The notes: a model not told the origin generated them from the letters alone. 64,000 bases of DNA from Candidatus Bathyarchaeota archaeon (GCA_963775895.1 CAVZKL010000018.1:1-64000), one strand, 5' to 3'. Positions 10,577-22,790 are shown, counted from the first letter of the stretch. Numbers and translations are program-made.

Positions 10577-12406
10577 TCAAACAAACAATAAAAATATCAT
10601 CAATAGTAGCCCTGCACTTAAGAAAACAGGAAGAACAGATTTCTTCGCTGTTTGGAGACTTTTATCAATAAGGCGACATAACGTTTCAAGCTGATGAGCT
10701 CCCAAAACTGTGACGTCCTTGACGGTGACACTGCCACAAGCTGCACTTGCAGTTTCCAAGTTGCCTATTGCAGCCAAAGTTGCTTCTTTTACGTAGCCCA
10801 TTAGCCTCTCCTTGTCCATAACTTCTCCAACTGGATGATAACCGTGCCCACCAAGTATCAATGCACTCACCGCATGCGTATCGGTCGTGAAGATTTCGCC
10901 TTCATTCACGCCCAAGGAACTCAGAGAAGACAGAATCTCCTCGCGGAAACCTGAAACCACGTTATTACCGTCAATAACGACGTAGGCGGCCTTCTGACCG
11001 CCACACTGGACTACGATGACCGTGATGCCCCCTGCCCCCATACCGTCTTCTAGACTGAATTCTTTGGGCACCACAGTGGCTGCGCCAACTTGAAAAGGCA
11101 GCTGTTTCATGGAAGCAGCTTTTCTTAGGCATGCGTTTGTCACGTCCTTCAATGAATCCAATGACTTCTGCATCTCCGCATCTCCGTCAATACTGTTATG
11201 CGCATTGACAACTGCACAAAGATCCAACCCGTTCCTTCGAGCTTCTTCACTAACAAACAAACCCAATTCAGGCGGAAGATCTTCAATGGTTCTGGGAGCA
11301 AGGGTAAATGAAATCAATACGGATTTCCCGAAAACCTGGCAACAGGCAGTGGCCAGACCGTTTGTGACTTTGACAAAGGGTGAGCTTTTGCCGTCAGAGA
11401 CTCTAAGGTCGCGAACCGATGTTACAAGCTGGCCAATGATTTTCTGATTCTGCTCCTGTGAAGCCAAATCAAACTCGTGCCCCATCAGTCCATGCGGAAC
11501 GCATGCGATACACCCCGATTCTTTCTCTAAAGCAGCTTTGATCAATGATGGCAGAAGGCTGCTTCCAATATTCTTGAAAGGCCCAGGATGAACAGACGGG
11601 ACAACTATCACGGTTTCGGTTTTGGAAGAAACGAACTTCAAAAAACCCGTTTCAACATCTTTCTTTTCCCCCAGCTTCTCTAGGAGCTGCTCAAATGGCG
11701 TGTTAAGACCCAACACCCAATTGAGCATGAACGCCCTGAAAAGGGTCAATGAGCGCACTCCCAAGGTCTGTTCACCTATGCGATCAAGAAGGTGGAGAAA
11801 AACATAACTCGAGACCAACGTCAAGGTGATTGAGAAAAAAATAAAACCCAACGTCGGAATCGCGTTCAAGCGCCCAAGTTCAGACCAAAACGCTAGGAAG
11901 AGAGCTAAAGTGGTAAGGGGCTGTAGAAAAGTGGCAATAAAAATCTTGGAGTAGCTTAGAGAGGCTGTCGAAGAAAAGACCACCATGCGCGCGATCGTGG
12001 CTGCTGAGTAACCGAGAAGGCAAAACCTGATCCACCAACCTAGATCGTTGAGCACTATCGAAAGGAGAGATCCTAACAAGATGAAGAAAAGCCAGATCAT
12101 CCAAGAAAAGAGTGAAAGAACCATCTCCCGACGAAGATTGAAGATGGTCTCTCGCTTCAGAATCATCGCATTTGTGAAGTAATCTACGGCTATTTCGAAG
12201 ATGAAAACTGCCACACCAAAGAAAAGGCTGTAGGCTAGCCCATTTAGGGAAAGAGACAACGTCAAAGTGGAAAGGAAGCCTCCGACAATACATGAAACCG
12301 CCAGCAGAGAAACGACCACTCGGTCTGATGGAAGTCTGAAAAGCGATGAATACAGCCTCACAGCACTGTCCATGGATTGCTTCAATGAGTCTTCAGTGGC
12401 CACCAA
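10577..12406 (-). CDS. DUF2070 family membrane protein
   Basis: N-terminal TM bundle; HPGPF, NAHNS, DGNN, TTDTH motifs. Confidence 0.85.
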   Translation of the reverse strand: MVATEDSLKQSMDSAVRLYSSLFRLPSDRVVVSLLAVSCIVGGFLSTLTLSLSLNGLAYSLFFGVAVFIFEIAVDYFTNAMILKRETIFNLRREMVLSLFSWMIWLFFILLGSLLSIVLNDLGWWIRFCLLGYSAATIARMVVFSSTASLSYSKIFIATFLQPLTTLALFLAFWSELGRLNAIPTLGFIFFSITLTLVSSYVFLHLLDRIGEQTLGVRSLTLFRAFMLNWVLGLNTPFEQLLEKLGEKKDVETGFLKFVSSKTETVIVVPSVHPGPFKNIGSSLLPSLIKAALEKESGCIACVPHGLMGHEFDLASQEQNQKIIGQLVTSVRDLRVSDGKSSPFVKVTNGLATACCQVFGKSVLISFTLAPRTIEDLPPELGLFVSEEARRNGLDLCAVVNAHNSIDGDAEMQKSLDSLKDVTNACLRKAASMKQLPFQVGAATVVPKEFSLEDGMGAGGITVIVVQCGGQKAAYVVIDGNNVVSGFREEILSSLSSLGVNEGEIFTTDTHAVSALILGGHGYHPVGEVMDKERLMGYVKEATLAAIGNLETASAACGSVTVKDVTVLGAHQLETLCRLIDKSLQTAKKSVLPVFLSAGLLLMIFLLFV

Positions 12407-12658
12407 ACATTCCTCAAACTTGACTTTGCTAAGATGAAGACACGCACATATTAAATTGTCGCGACGACGAGAGCAATACAGCTTGAGTCAACGTAGCGTT
12501 GTGCAAACAAATTGTAGGAGGACGTATCGAGTTCTCTTGACATGAAACAGCCAAAGTTCAGGCAAGCAGATCCAGGAATTCTTTGTCAGCAACATAAGTA
12601 CACTATATATTTAGGGGCAGCGATTATCTCATATATCAAGTACCAACAGTAAGGTTTT

Positions 12659-12955
12659 GTGAGTCCTATGCCCGAGCAGAGCTTTCCTCCCACTATATTT
12701 CACATGCTCGAAAAAAATGTGGGAAATCAGATACGTGTGATCTTGGATCCTGCGTACGGTTTTGAGGGGACTCTCGTCGCTGTGACGCGAGAACCGTCGG
12801 GCATATGGCTTTCAGATTCTGAAGCCATCATTTTGCGTGCAACGATTGCACAGCCAATCCCTCAAGTCACCAGCAGGGAAGAAAGAAGCGAGATATTCGT
12901 GCACTTGAACTCTGTGCAAAGAATAGAAGTTTTACACACGAACTCCAAGCGGTAG
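12659..12955 (+). CDS. Hypothetical protein, possible divergent Sm/Lsm-fold
   Basis: LEKNVGNQIRVIL...FEGTLVAV...IWLSD (Sm1-like) and EIFVHLNSVQRIE (Sm2-like); TATA-rich upstream region. Confidence 0.55.
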   Translation: MSPMPEQSFPPTIFHMLEKNVGNQIRVILDPAYGFEGTLVAVTREPSGIWLSDSEAIILRATIAQPIPQVTSREERSEIFVHLNSVQRIEVLHTNSKR

Positions 12956-12964
12956 AGTCGCGCC

Positions 12965-13138
12965 CTAATGGAAGAACACGTTTGCCAAAGCGCATACTAC
13001 AATCAGAGCTATGGAGAAAGCAACTAGAATTTCAGGCCTAACTTTGATTCCCTCTGTTTCCTCTTCAAAGAATCTAAGCAGCCCGGCGCTTGCAGCAGGC
13101 ATCGGTGACTGGCTATCTTTCTTCTTCTTCTTGCTCAT
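12965..13138 (-). CDS. secG: Preprotein translocase subunit Sec61beta (not in the ORF track)
   Basis: Manual translation MSKKKKKDSQSPMPAASAGLLRFFEEETEGIKVRPEILVAFSIALIVVCALANVFFH*; AGLLRFF motif plus C-terminal TM. Confidence 0.92.
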   Translation of the reverse strand: MSKKKKKDSQSPMPAASAGLLRFFEEETEGIKVRPEILVAFSIALIVVCALANVFFH

Positions 13139-13261
13139 AGGTCAGGCCTTGATTCGAGATTCAATGAATAACCTCTAACGCTCTCTCCATTATTAACGTT
13201 ATGGAGACTCAAAGAGCTTTTATTTTTGAACAAATCTTACTGTGACGCAAAGGTGAGTCTG

Positions 13262-14579
13262 ATGTCTAGTCCTAAGGACTCCTATAATCGTTTGTTCGAT
13301 CTCCTTCAGGAGCATCACAAATGGTTCCAAGAGAGCATTCCACTGATTGCAAGTGAAAATGTGCCAAGTCCAGCCGTCCGAGAGGCCATTGTGACAGATT
13401 TTGGAAATCGATACGCTGAGGGGTGGCCAGGAGAACGGGTCTATGCTGGATGTCGCTTCATCGATCAAGTGGAATTCAAATGCATCGCCCTCATGAAGCA
13501 GCTCTACGACGCAGAGTTCGTGGATGTCAGACCCATTTCAGGCGTTGTGGCGAACCTTGCAGTCTACACAGCGTTCACGGAACCTGGTGACACTCTGCTG
13601 GCGTTATCTATACCTAGCGGTGGACACATCACGTCAGGTAAGAAAGAACTCGGAGGCACAGCAGGAGCGGTCAAAGGATTGAACGTGGAGTATCTGCCTC
13701 TTGATTACAAAGAACTCAACATAGACGTGGACAAGGCAAAAAGCAAGATCCAAGAGCTCGCTGCAAAAGGGAAACCTCCAAAGTTCGTCATGTTCGGTGC
13801 GAGTGTTTTCCCTTTCCCACATCCAGTCAAAGAACTGACGGACTCCGTACATTCAGTCGGAGCTATCGTAGGATACGATGCTGCCCACGTAGCGGGATTG
13901 ATCGCTGGAAAACAGTTCCAAGACCCACTTAAAGAGGGAGCGGACGTGGTAAGCCTGAGCACACACAAAACGTTCTTTGGACCTCAACATGGAGGAATAC
14001 TCTCCTGGAACAAGTACGCTGACCAGATAAAGAAGGCGACGTTTCCAGGCATGGTGAGCAATCACCATCTCCACAATGTGGCAGGATTGGCAGTCGCCTG
14101 TGCGGAGATGCTCGAATTCGGGAAAGAATACGCGAGCTCAAATAGTGAGGAACGCAAAGGCGCTGGGTCAAGCGCTTTACGAAAGAGGCCTTAATGTTCT
14201 GGCAGAACACAAGGGTTTCACGCAATCCCATGTCATCTTGATTGACATCACCAAACAAGGTGATGGTGGCACAATAGAAGAGACGCTGGAAAAGGCGAAC
14301 ATAATCATAAACAGAAACCTGTTACCATGGGACATAAAGGAAGGTAGACACTTCATGCACCCCGGCGGCATAAGAATGGGAGTTTCAGAAGTCACACGGC
14401 TGGGAATGAAGGAGTCAGAAATGACTCAGATAGCCGAGTTTGTAAAACGCGTTGTGCTTGGCAAAGAACCCGTTGAGAATGTAAGGAGAGATGTCGCCGA
14501 GTTCAGGAGAGATTACCAGAGAGTGCATTACTGCTTTGAGAACGCAACGGAAGCTTATAAGTACGTAAGAATTCGCTAG
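13262..14579 (+). CDS. glyA: Serine hydroxymethyltransferase (frameshift near 14140)
   Basis: LIASEN, RYAEG, YDAAHV, STHKTFFGP; C-terminus in ORF 14076-14579. Confidence 0.95.
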
Positions 14580-14625
14580 GACTCTTGCCATACCTGATTT
14601 TGGTCTGGACTCGTGATGGGAAGGA

Positions 14626-14925
14626 GTGGCTAACAAATTGCACATTCATGAATTTCAGGATCTTATGCGGCGCCTGTATCTGAATCGGGACTGTGAACGT
14701 GGTGCAAATGGAACGTACGAGCGGCTCACCGACGAGTTGAAAGAGTTGGGCGACGCATTGAAGGCGAACGACAAGAAGGGGATGGAAGAGGAGTTTGCGG
14801 ATGTCATTGCGTGGCTGGCTTCTCTTGCAAACGTACTCAAAGTAGACCTTGAGAAGGCATCTCTAGAAAAGTACGACGGCAAATGTCCGAAGTGCAGACG
14901 CGCGCCTTGCGAGTGCACTCTCTAG
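14626..14925 (+). CDS. MazG-like nucleotide pyrophosphohydrolase
   Basis: ELKEL...EEEFADVIAWLASLAN, C-terminal KY..CPKC...C.C. Confidence 0.9.
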   Translation: MANKLHIHEFQDLMRRLYLNRDCERGANGTYERLTDELKELGDALKANDKKGMEEEFADVIAWLASLANVLKVDLEKASLEKYDGKCPKCRRAPCECTL

Positions 14926-15195
14926 TTCGTGGAAACAAGTCGTTTCTGCCCCAAGCCTGTAAGAGTCCATACGTATGGTTTGTTTTCTCTTCCGTAGAAC
15001 AATACCTGTTTTTCTCATCAACTTCAGGTGGTACATGGCTACCGAATAGGACGATCCTGATTCCTTTGCGAGTGTTTTGGTGTCCCCAGAAGCTCTTTCA
15101 AGGGCGTTCAGGATTTTTGTTCGAGCCCTGAGCCCAAGCTTCACATTTCTCATGTTAGCTAAGTAAGCATTCGGGTGATAGTTTTCTTTTGTCAT
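14922..15195 (-). CDS. ArsR-like winged-helix protein (frameshift near 14990)
   Basis: RTKILNAL...LAKESGSSYSVAMYHLKLM; alternative-frame end KPYVWTLTGLGQKRLVSTN*. Confidence 0.7.
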
Positions 15196-15239
15196 ACCTG
15201 TTCAAAAATACTCTCTGCGTCTGCACAGAAAAGCCTTTG

Positions 15240-18200
15240 TTAGGCGAAGTCTGAGAGGCTGATCTGCCTAGGTTTCTTGCTTTCGAACAGGTCGTTAATC
15301 TCCTCCTTTACCAGGGAAATCCTTTGTGAGTAATACTTTGGCAGATTGTATTTCTCAACCAAGTTTTGGGCTGCTTCCATATACTTCTCTATTCCTCCTC
15401 GATGGACGGTAAGTGTTAGTTGACCGCCGCAGGATGTGCATTTGCCGCGCAGTGGCATTCGACGATGGCGTTTGCTACATGATTTGCATCTGAAACCTTG
15501 CGTTGAGAAGGCTCTAAGGTTACCTGCGATGTCTCGCATGAAATGAGTCGTCAACACTTTCAGGGCCACTTTATCCGCATCGACAGCATCTATTTTTCCA
15601 GCCAATTCAAGCTGGTGTTCCATCTTTTCTGTCATGGCTGTGAACCGTTTGTACGCACTCTCAGAATTCCCCGCGTTGATGTTACTAACAGGAGTTGTGA
15701 AACTGAAACCCTCAAACTGGGCTTCGGTTCCGAGCCTGTGACTCACGAGATCTATGAGGGAAATCGCCTGCCGAGCCTCTGCGTTTTGCCACGTCTTTTC
15801 ATAGAATTCAAGCGGATAGGATTCCGCAACGTCAAAATCGTGCGCCTGCCTCTGCACTTCTGTGGTGTTGACGACTGGAATCAGCATGAGAGGCGCATCC
15901 ATAATCCCACCTATCTGTGCGGGGAGATATTCGCGCGAAAAGTTCAGCAGCATGTCCAGAGCAAGCATAATTGTATCTTCGTCCCCGTCGCAGTCTCTCC
16001 TCTTCGCAGAGTGCCAGATTGGATGAGCATAACATAGGTGAAGGTTGGTGAATCCAACCACGCGACCAAGTATGCCGACACACGTGTGCGGAGCCAGCCC
16101 GATGACCAAATGGCCAACAAGGTCCTCGACGTGCCTGACATTATAGAAAGAAGACAGCCCGTAAACCTTCACAAGAAGGTCATCTACGTAACTCGCGATG
16201 CTTATGAAATACTCAGCAGCCTTGTAGGGAATGACAATATCCTGGAGTTTCAGCTCGCAGACTTGGTTTGGATCCTTTAGGGGCGCACCTTTGCAGTCGC
16301 ACGCATAACCAAGTTTACTAAGAGTCTCTGCGGAAACACCGATCTCAGATGATTTGAAGTGTGTCAACGGCGCATTAGTGGCGTCAAACCTTATGGTCCC
16401 ATCTTTGTAGACTGAAAGGTCATGTTTTGCCCGGAGCACCCCCTTTTCAAGTATTTCAGGTGTCTTGGTTTCGTTCGTGAGCCCCCTGACACCTTTCAAG
16501 ATCTTCGGCATGGACACGCTCAGTTCGGCACAGGTGGTTTCAAGAGACTCTTTTAGGTTGAAAACTTGTTTCTGGAACTTGCTCGCCGGAGCCTTGCAAG
16601 TAGGACACGTGTCTTCCTTGAGACTCTTGCCGCACTTGGGGCAACTCTTTTCTGGAACAGTTTCTGAACCGCATGAGGGGCATTTCACGCGGGAAGTATA
16701 GGTCTTGCAGACTGGACATTTCCGTTTATTCACTTCCACAAAGGTTGGCCCTTGCCTTGCAGCTTCGAGTATGTCTCTCTGCGAACCCCCCGCCAAACCG
16801 ATTGGGAAAAGCACGTGAACAAGCGGTTTCATTTCACGTCTCTTTGCTTTTTCAGGTCTGCCCATTCTGGCTCCTATGCTCGTTGGAGCTTTGTCTCTGA
16901 TGGGAACTCCTGACATCGAATTCACAGCCTCCAAAACAGTCTTTGATTGGGATGAAACTTCGCTGCAGGGAACCTTGTAGCCAAGTGAGAGTGCAAACGC
17001 AGCCGCATCGTCACCCTCAACAATGATCTTCCCATCTGAGACTCTGTGCGGCAGGCAGATTTGTTCCAAGGCTTTTTTGACTTCAGCATCTGCCTCGCCG
17101 ATGATCCTTTCAGCAAGGTCCTCTTGGTCTTGAATCTCGGATTTGAGAATCCACTGCCTCAACTTCTCAAGTTGCTCGAGGGAAGTCAAGGTTCGACCAG
17201 AAGTGTGTGAAAGCTGGATGAAATGCTATATGCAGTTGCATAGACAACATCACGGCTTCGTTCAAGGCGGGTTTCTTGGCGAACGGTTCAGTGAGAAAAT
17301 CCTGCAATCTCTGCATAGAAATGCCAAGATTAAAGGAAGCTTGCTCAAGGTCACTGCTGAACTTCGTAGCCAAAGCGTTTCGCAGATCTTCAGCCCACCA
17401 CTCCTCAACATAGCCTGACGGAGCCAGCAACTTGCTGTTGTAAAGGAAATCGCCGAAACTGACAAGCATGTCCCCTAGGAACAGAATCCTCTCGATTTTG
17501 TGTTTTATCTCGCCGTAGTTGCTCGTGGAAACGCGGAGGACAGACCCATCATTCAAGCGTACTACTGGTCCTTCAATCGTATCAACAGGAACCACGACGC
17601 CGCCTTTTCCTGGAAGTTCCGTGCGAAGCTGCGTTCCTCCGGCAAGAAACCCTTCAAGCACGAGCATTGTCGAAGGATGGATTCCTACAGCCGAAAGCCC
17701 ACTGTTTCGCGCTCGCCCATATCGCAAGCGAAAGCCTCCCCGGCGCGAAGGAAAGGAGAAAACAGGTCTTCCAGCTATAACGTCGTCCATGAAGCCCCCG
17801 GACTTCTTCTCAGATCTTTCCCCGAAGATCTTTCAGCCAATCCCATCCTTGAAACCCCAACTTCTCTACTATCGTGGAAACCTTGGAGGCGCGTCCAACG
17901 ATGCCGTCATTTACAACTCTCAGTGCTCCTCCTCTAACCCTGTTGGTTTCAATTCGTGGCAGGTTTCGAAAAGTCGACACTTCTATGGGGTCGGACTCTG
18001 TTCCAGTGACTTCGACAGGTAGAAACTGAAGCGCTTTTCTCAATTCTTCGTCTGGGATGTGGTACTGGAAGCGAGTTGCCGTACGCTCGTAGAGTCTCAG
18101 CTCCTCGATGAAACGGGATATTTCTTCCTCAGTGGGCTATGTAATTGTCAAGCTTGAGGAGGCGCCGAACGAAGTCGCCGACGACCAGCGTCAAAGCTTG

Positions 18201-18668
18201 ATCAGTTCCTCCAGCTGATCTTATCGGACCAGCAAAATAGATTGCTAGGTAACGGGTCCTGTCATTGTTTGTTTTTATCCTGACTTTTGCCACTCCTTGA
18301 ATCGGCGCTGCTGTCAATCCCTCTGTGAAAATAGCCAACGCCGTTCGTATTGCCTGTTCTGCAGCAGGCTCTGGCTCCAAGTGGCCAAACTTGCCGTAAA
18401 CAATCTGCTCGGTTACCTTGAATGCAAGCTCTTCCCTGGGAAGTTTGGAACTCAACTCTCTAATGCTTTCAGCAACGCCTTTCGGACCGACGAGTCCTTC
18501 TACCAGATCGGCCAAGTCCTTGGCGACCTTGCATTCAGGTTTCAAAGAAGGGTCTAACCCCTTCTCGCGAGCTCTTTCGGTCAGACGGTAGAGCCCATCC
18601 AATTCAGCCTCAAGATCCGTAACGTATTGTGAATATCCTTCGCTCATTCGAGAATCCAAATCTCCCAC
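15240..18668 (-). CDS. polC: DNA polymerase D large subunit DP2 (several frameshifts)
   Basis: YFAGPIRSAGGT, GFRLRYGR, RMGRPEKA, DGTIRFD, catalytic RRDCDGDED, C-terminal Zn finger; split over ORFs 18129-18668, 17810-18043, 17167-17790 and 15240-17189. Confidence 0.96.
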
Positions 18669-18820
18669 TCGCAGAAGCCTCTTGCTTGCAAGAGACTTAT
18701 TTCTGTTCTCTAACAGAAAAGAAGCAAAAACTCAAACGCTTAGATTTGGTCTACCCATCCTTCTTCTACACAAAAGTAGTCTGACTTGCTGCATCGATTA
18801 TCCCTAAACGCTGCAGCTTT

Positions 18821-19574
18821 TCAAGTTCTACCGCGCCTTATTCCTTCAACGATTTCAGACACTTTGCGCTTGATCCCGTTCTCTTCAACCACGTTGCCAG
18901 TAACTATAACGTCAGCACCAGCAGAGGCAGCGGCCAGCGCTTGCTCCCTAGATCTTATTCCTCCTCCAACGATCAGCGGAACATCAATGTAGCTCTTTAC
19001 GGCTCCAATCATTCCCGGCGGGACAGGGTTCTTCACGCCCGATCCGCCTTCCAAGTAGATGAACCTCATACCCAAGTACTGACCAGCCAAAGCGTGGGCG
19101 GCAGCAAGTTCAGGTTTGTTGTATGGTACCGGAATTGCCTTACCAATTACCCCTGCAGATCCGCCTTCGCCGACGATGATGTAACCAAGAGGAATGGGCT
19201 CCAAACCGTACTTCTTCACGAGAGGGTGCGCCCAGTATTTGAGCTCCCATGATGAAGTATGGGTCAACAGAGTTAAGAAGGGACATAAACCAAATCGCGT
19301 CTGCGTAACGACTTATTCCAGTCACGTTGTTTGGAAAGAGGATTATTGGAATCTTGACGGTGCGCTTGACTGTCTTTACGACATCGTCTAGGTGCGTGCC
19401 AGAAACAAAAGTTGAGCCGCCGATCATGATCGCAGAAGTCTCACATGCCTTTGCCTTGCTCGCGATCTTCGAAGCCTGCGGTGGCGTCACCTTTTCCGGA
19501 TCAATGAGGGTGATATGAATGGAGCCTTCGGCTTGGATTCTTTCAATGAGATACTTTTCGACGTTGCCTTCCAT
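18821..19574 (-). CDS. Geranylgeranylglyceryl phosphate synthase (frameshift near 19230)
   Basis: HITLIDPEK, IMIGGS, ILFP, YLEGGSG, VGGGI, VTGN. Confidence 0.93.
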
Positions 19575-19588
19575 AAAGACCGACCTTA

Positions 19589-19855
19589 CTAGGCACCACT
19601 AACTGCGGTTGGAGACGGGTTTCTAGGCTTCCCGTAAATCTTGTCGGTAAACATACAGTAGACATCCACTTCGGCCTGAGCTGGTCTTATTGGAAACTGC
19701 TCCTTCAAACCGCAACTGCTGCATCCTACGAGTGCTGTTCCGTCCTCTCTGGAGATCTCAACTCTCACGGTTTCCTTTCCGCATCTAGGGCATGGGAAGA
19801 ACTTTGGCAAATGCTTCTTTGGGATGCGAACGACCTTTTTTCTTCTTCTTCCCAT
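19589..19855 (-). CDS. elf1: Transcription elongation factor Elf1
   Basis: MGRRRKK, FPCPRCG, CSSCG, VDVYC. Confidence 0.9.
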   Translation of the reverse strand: MGRRRKKVVRIPKKHLPKFFPCPRCGKETVRVEISREDGTALVGCSSCGLKEQFPIRPAQAEVDVYCMFTDKIYGKPRNPSPTAVSGA

Positions 19856-19952
19856 GTTCAGGTCCTTCTAGGGCGCCAGATACTGTCCATCAATATTTGT
19901 GTTTGCCCTTAAATAGTTGCCTACAAACATAGAAAGCTGAGGGTGCGCTCTT

Positions 19953-20795
19953 TTGAATTTAGTGCCGGACGTCTTAAATCTCGATCTGTCAGAAGTGGAA
20001 AAACGAATCGAACGATTCATTGCAGACTACGTAGAAAAAACCAAGACAGACGGAGTTGTCCTCGGAATATCGGGCGGAATTGATAGCTGCACTGTAGCAG
20101 CATTGTCAGCCAAAGCCATAGGCGGCGGCAGAGTCTTGGGACTTATGTTACCCGAAAGGGAGACACGCAGCGCCAAGGACATTGAACACGCGACCGTCGT
20201 TGCCAAGAAATTCAAAATCAAAACGGAAACAATTGACATCACTCCCACATTGAAGTCGTTCTACAATTCAATTCCGATATTTGATCCTGCAAACAGATTA
20301 AGCAAGGGGAACATCAAAGCAAGAACGCGCATGATCTACATCTATTACCATGCTAACAATTTGAACATGCTTGCGTGTGGAAGTTCAGACAAATCGGAGA
20401 CAATGATGGGCTACTTCACTAAATGGGGCGACGTCGGCGGCGATATCCATCCGATAATGGACCTCTACAAAACTCAAGTTCGTCAACTTGCCTTGCATAT
20501 GGACTTACCAAAAGATATAGTGTACAAACCGCCCACACCTGCTTTGTGGCCAAACCAATTGGCGGAAGATGAGCTGGGAATGAAATACGAGCAGCTTGAC
20601 CTTATCCTCTATGGGCTCGAACGTTTCATGAGCCCAGATGAAATTGCTTCACAGCTTCAAATTCATAGGCGGGTCATCGACAAGATCAAGAGCAGGTGGC
20701 TGTTGGCAGAACACAAGAGACGCCCGTTGTTGACAGCAAAGCTTGAATATCGAACAATAGGAACTGACTTCAGACTTCCTCGTGATCCTTATTGA
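19953..20795 (+). CDS. nadE: NAD+ synthetase (synthetase domain only)
   Basis: SGGIDS, NIKARTRM, GYFTKWGD, DLYKTQV, EHKR. Confidence 0.96.
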   Translation: MNLVPDVLNLDLSEVEKRIERFIADYVEKTKTDGVVLGISGGIDSCTVAALSAKAIGGGRVLGLMLPERETRSAKDIEHATVVAKKFKIKTETIDITPTLKSFYNSIPIFDPANRLSKGNIKARTRMIYIYYHANNLNMLACGSSDKSETMMGYFTKWGDVGGDIHPIMDLYKTQVRQLALHMDLPKDIVYKPPTPALWPNQLAEDELGMKYEQLDLILYGLERFMSPDEIASQLQIHRRVIDKIKSRWLLAEHKRRPLLTAKLEYRTIGTDFRLPRDPY

Positions 20796-20814
20796 GAGCA
20801 AGAGAGGATGAATT

Positions 20815-21648
20815 ATGAAAGAAAAGTTCAAGATCGCCCTTGCGCAGATAAGCTGCAAACCTGGTGACAAGAAAGGAAACCTGGCCAAGATTGAACAAGC
20901 TGCCAAAAAAGCGGCGAAACAGGGAGCGGACCTACTCGTTCTTCCAGAAATGTCCCTGACAGGCTATGTTGTCAGAGATCAGATCTACGAATTGGCAGAG
21001 AGAATTCCTGGGTCGTCAACGAACCTAGCTGAGAAGATCTCAAGAGAGACGGGAGTTCACATGATTTTTGGGATGCCCGAACTGAGCCCGAAGGCACAGG
21101 CTACTATTCACAACACTGCCGTCCTTGTGAGCCCGAAAGGTCTGGTGGGAAAATACCACAAAATGTACCTGCCTACGCACAGCATGTTCGAGGAGAAGAG
21201 ATATTTCCGCCCGGGCTACAGGACCAGCGTTTTCGACACAGATCTGGGGAAGATAGGGCTCGTCATATGCTATGACATCTACTTCCCTGAAGTCACTCGT
21301 TTGATAAGACTCGAAGGCGCCCAACTGATCGTGTGTATCTCGGCCTCACCCGCAGTTCGGCAGAGTTTCTTTGAGACGCTTACATCTGCAAGAGCGATCG
21401 AAAACACTGCTTTCCTAGCGTTTGTCAACCTTACAGGCGTTGAAGACGGCCTGCAATTCTGGGGGGGCAGCAGACTAATAGGTCCTAATGGCCGAGTGCT
21501 TGTCCAAGCCAAATACGATGAGGAGGATTTCAGGATAGGCGAGGTTGACTATGCCGACATTAAATCCATTGAGGCTTTCGTCCCTGCAATGAAGGATTTG
21601 CGCCCGGAATTGTTCGACCAGCTAAAGAAGGCTGCAGAGGAGCTCTGA
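20815..21648 (+). CDS. Carbon-nitrogen hydrolase (nitrilase family)
   Basis: Glu-Lys-Cys triad motifs LPEM, YHKMYL...EKRYF, ICYD. Confidence 0.93.
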   Translation: MKEKFKIALAQISCKPGDKKGNLAKIEQAAKKAAKQGADLLVLPEMSLTGYVVRDQIYELAERIPGSSTNLAEKISRETGVHMIFGMPELSPKAQATIHNTAVLVSPKGLVGKYHKMYLPTHSMFEEKRYFRPGYRTSVFDTDLGKIGLVICYDIYFPEVTRLIRLEGAQLIVCISASPAVRQSFFETLTSARAIENTAFLAFVNLTGVEDGLQFWGGSRLIGPNGRVLVQAKYDEEDFRIGEVDYADIKSIEAFVPAMKDLRPELFDQLKKAAEEL

Positions 21649-21649
21649 C

Positions 21650-22790
21650 CTAGAAACGCTTGAGTCTTTTGACGACTTTTTCGATACGATCGAGAGCTTC
21701 CTCAAGTTGAACGTATGGCACAGTGAAAGAAAGCCTGATGTATCCCTCCCCTAAGCTTCCGAACATGGACCCTGGCACAGTTATGACGTGAGCTTCTTTC
21801 AATAGGAATTCCGAGAATCGGTCTGATGACATCTTGAATGACCTGATGTTTGGAAACGCGTAGAAAGCACCCCTCGGCAATGTGCACTTCATTCCATCGA
21901 TTCTATTCAGTCTCTCATGAACTAGATCTCGTCGCCTCTTGAATTCTTTCATCATCTTGTCAACAGACCGCTGTGGTCCCGTCAACGCCTGCGAGTGCTA
22001 TTTGCTGCGCGACACTGTCTACACAGGCGATAAAGTATTGATGCAATAGCCAGAGTGGAGCAATCAGTTCCTTTGGCCCATAGATGTAACCGACTCTCAG
22101 TCCAGTCATCGCATAGGTCTTCGAGAAAGAGCCCACGACAAGTGTACGTTCTCGCATTCCTGGCAGACTGCCCATGCACTCATGTCTTCTACCGTCATAG
22201 ACCACCTTCTCGTACACTTCGTCTGAAATCACGACCATATCACGTTCTGTAGCAATTTCTGCGAGCTGTATGGACTCCTCGTGTGAAAGAACCGCGCCCG
22301 TGGGGTTGTTCGGAAAATTGAGTAACATCACGCGTGACTTAGGTGTGAGCAGTGACATCACGTCACGCCTGGATGGTCTAAACTCGTTTCTCTCAAGCAA
22401 AGGGATGCCAATCGCGCGGCCTTCTGCCAAGGTCACGCATGGCTCATAGGCGGTGAAACCCGGGTTGGGAATAAGCACTTCATCTCTCGGGTTCAACAGG
22501 CCAAGCATGGCCAAAGAAATCGCCTCTGTTGCACCAACTGTAACCAAGACCTCAGTTTCAGGATCATATTTCAGCCCGTAGTCGAGAAAGGCCTTTTCTG
22601 TAAGAGCCCTGCGCAATTCGGCACTTCCGTTCGTCGGTTCATAACGGGTTCTTCCCTCGGTTATAGCCTTCCAACCTGCTCGCAGAGCTCTCTTAGGAAC
22701 CGAGAAATCGGGCTCGCCCAGGCTCAAATTAATGGAACTAGGCGTATCTCTCGCCAAAGTGAAAAACCGCCCCATTCCACCCTGTTTCAC
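21650..22790 (-). CDS. Class I/II PLP aminotransferase (frameshift near 21985; start uncertain)
   Basis: GEPDF, NFPNNPTG, DEVYE, SFSKTYAMTGLRVG; C-terminus GAFYAFP...YIRLSF. Confidence 0.92.

Noticed and set aside
15240-18668. Naturally split or intein-containing DP2
   Set aside because: Fragments join by frameshifts to about normal length; no intein terminal or LAGLIDADG motifs seen
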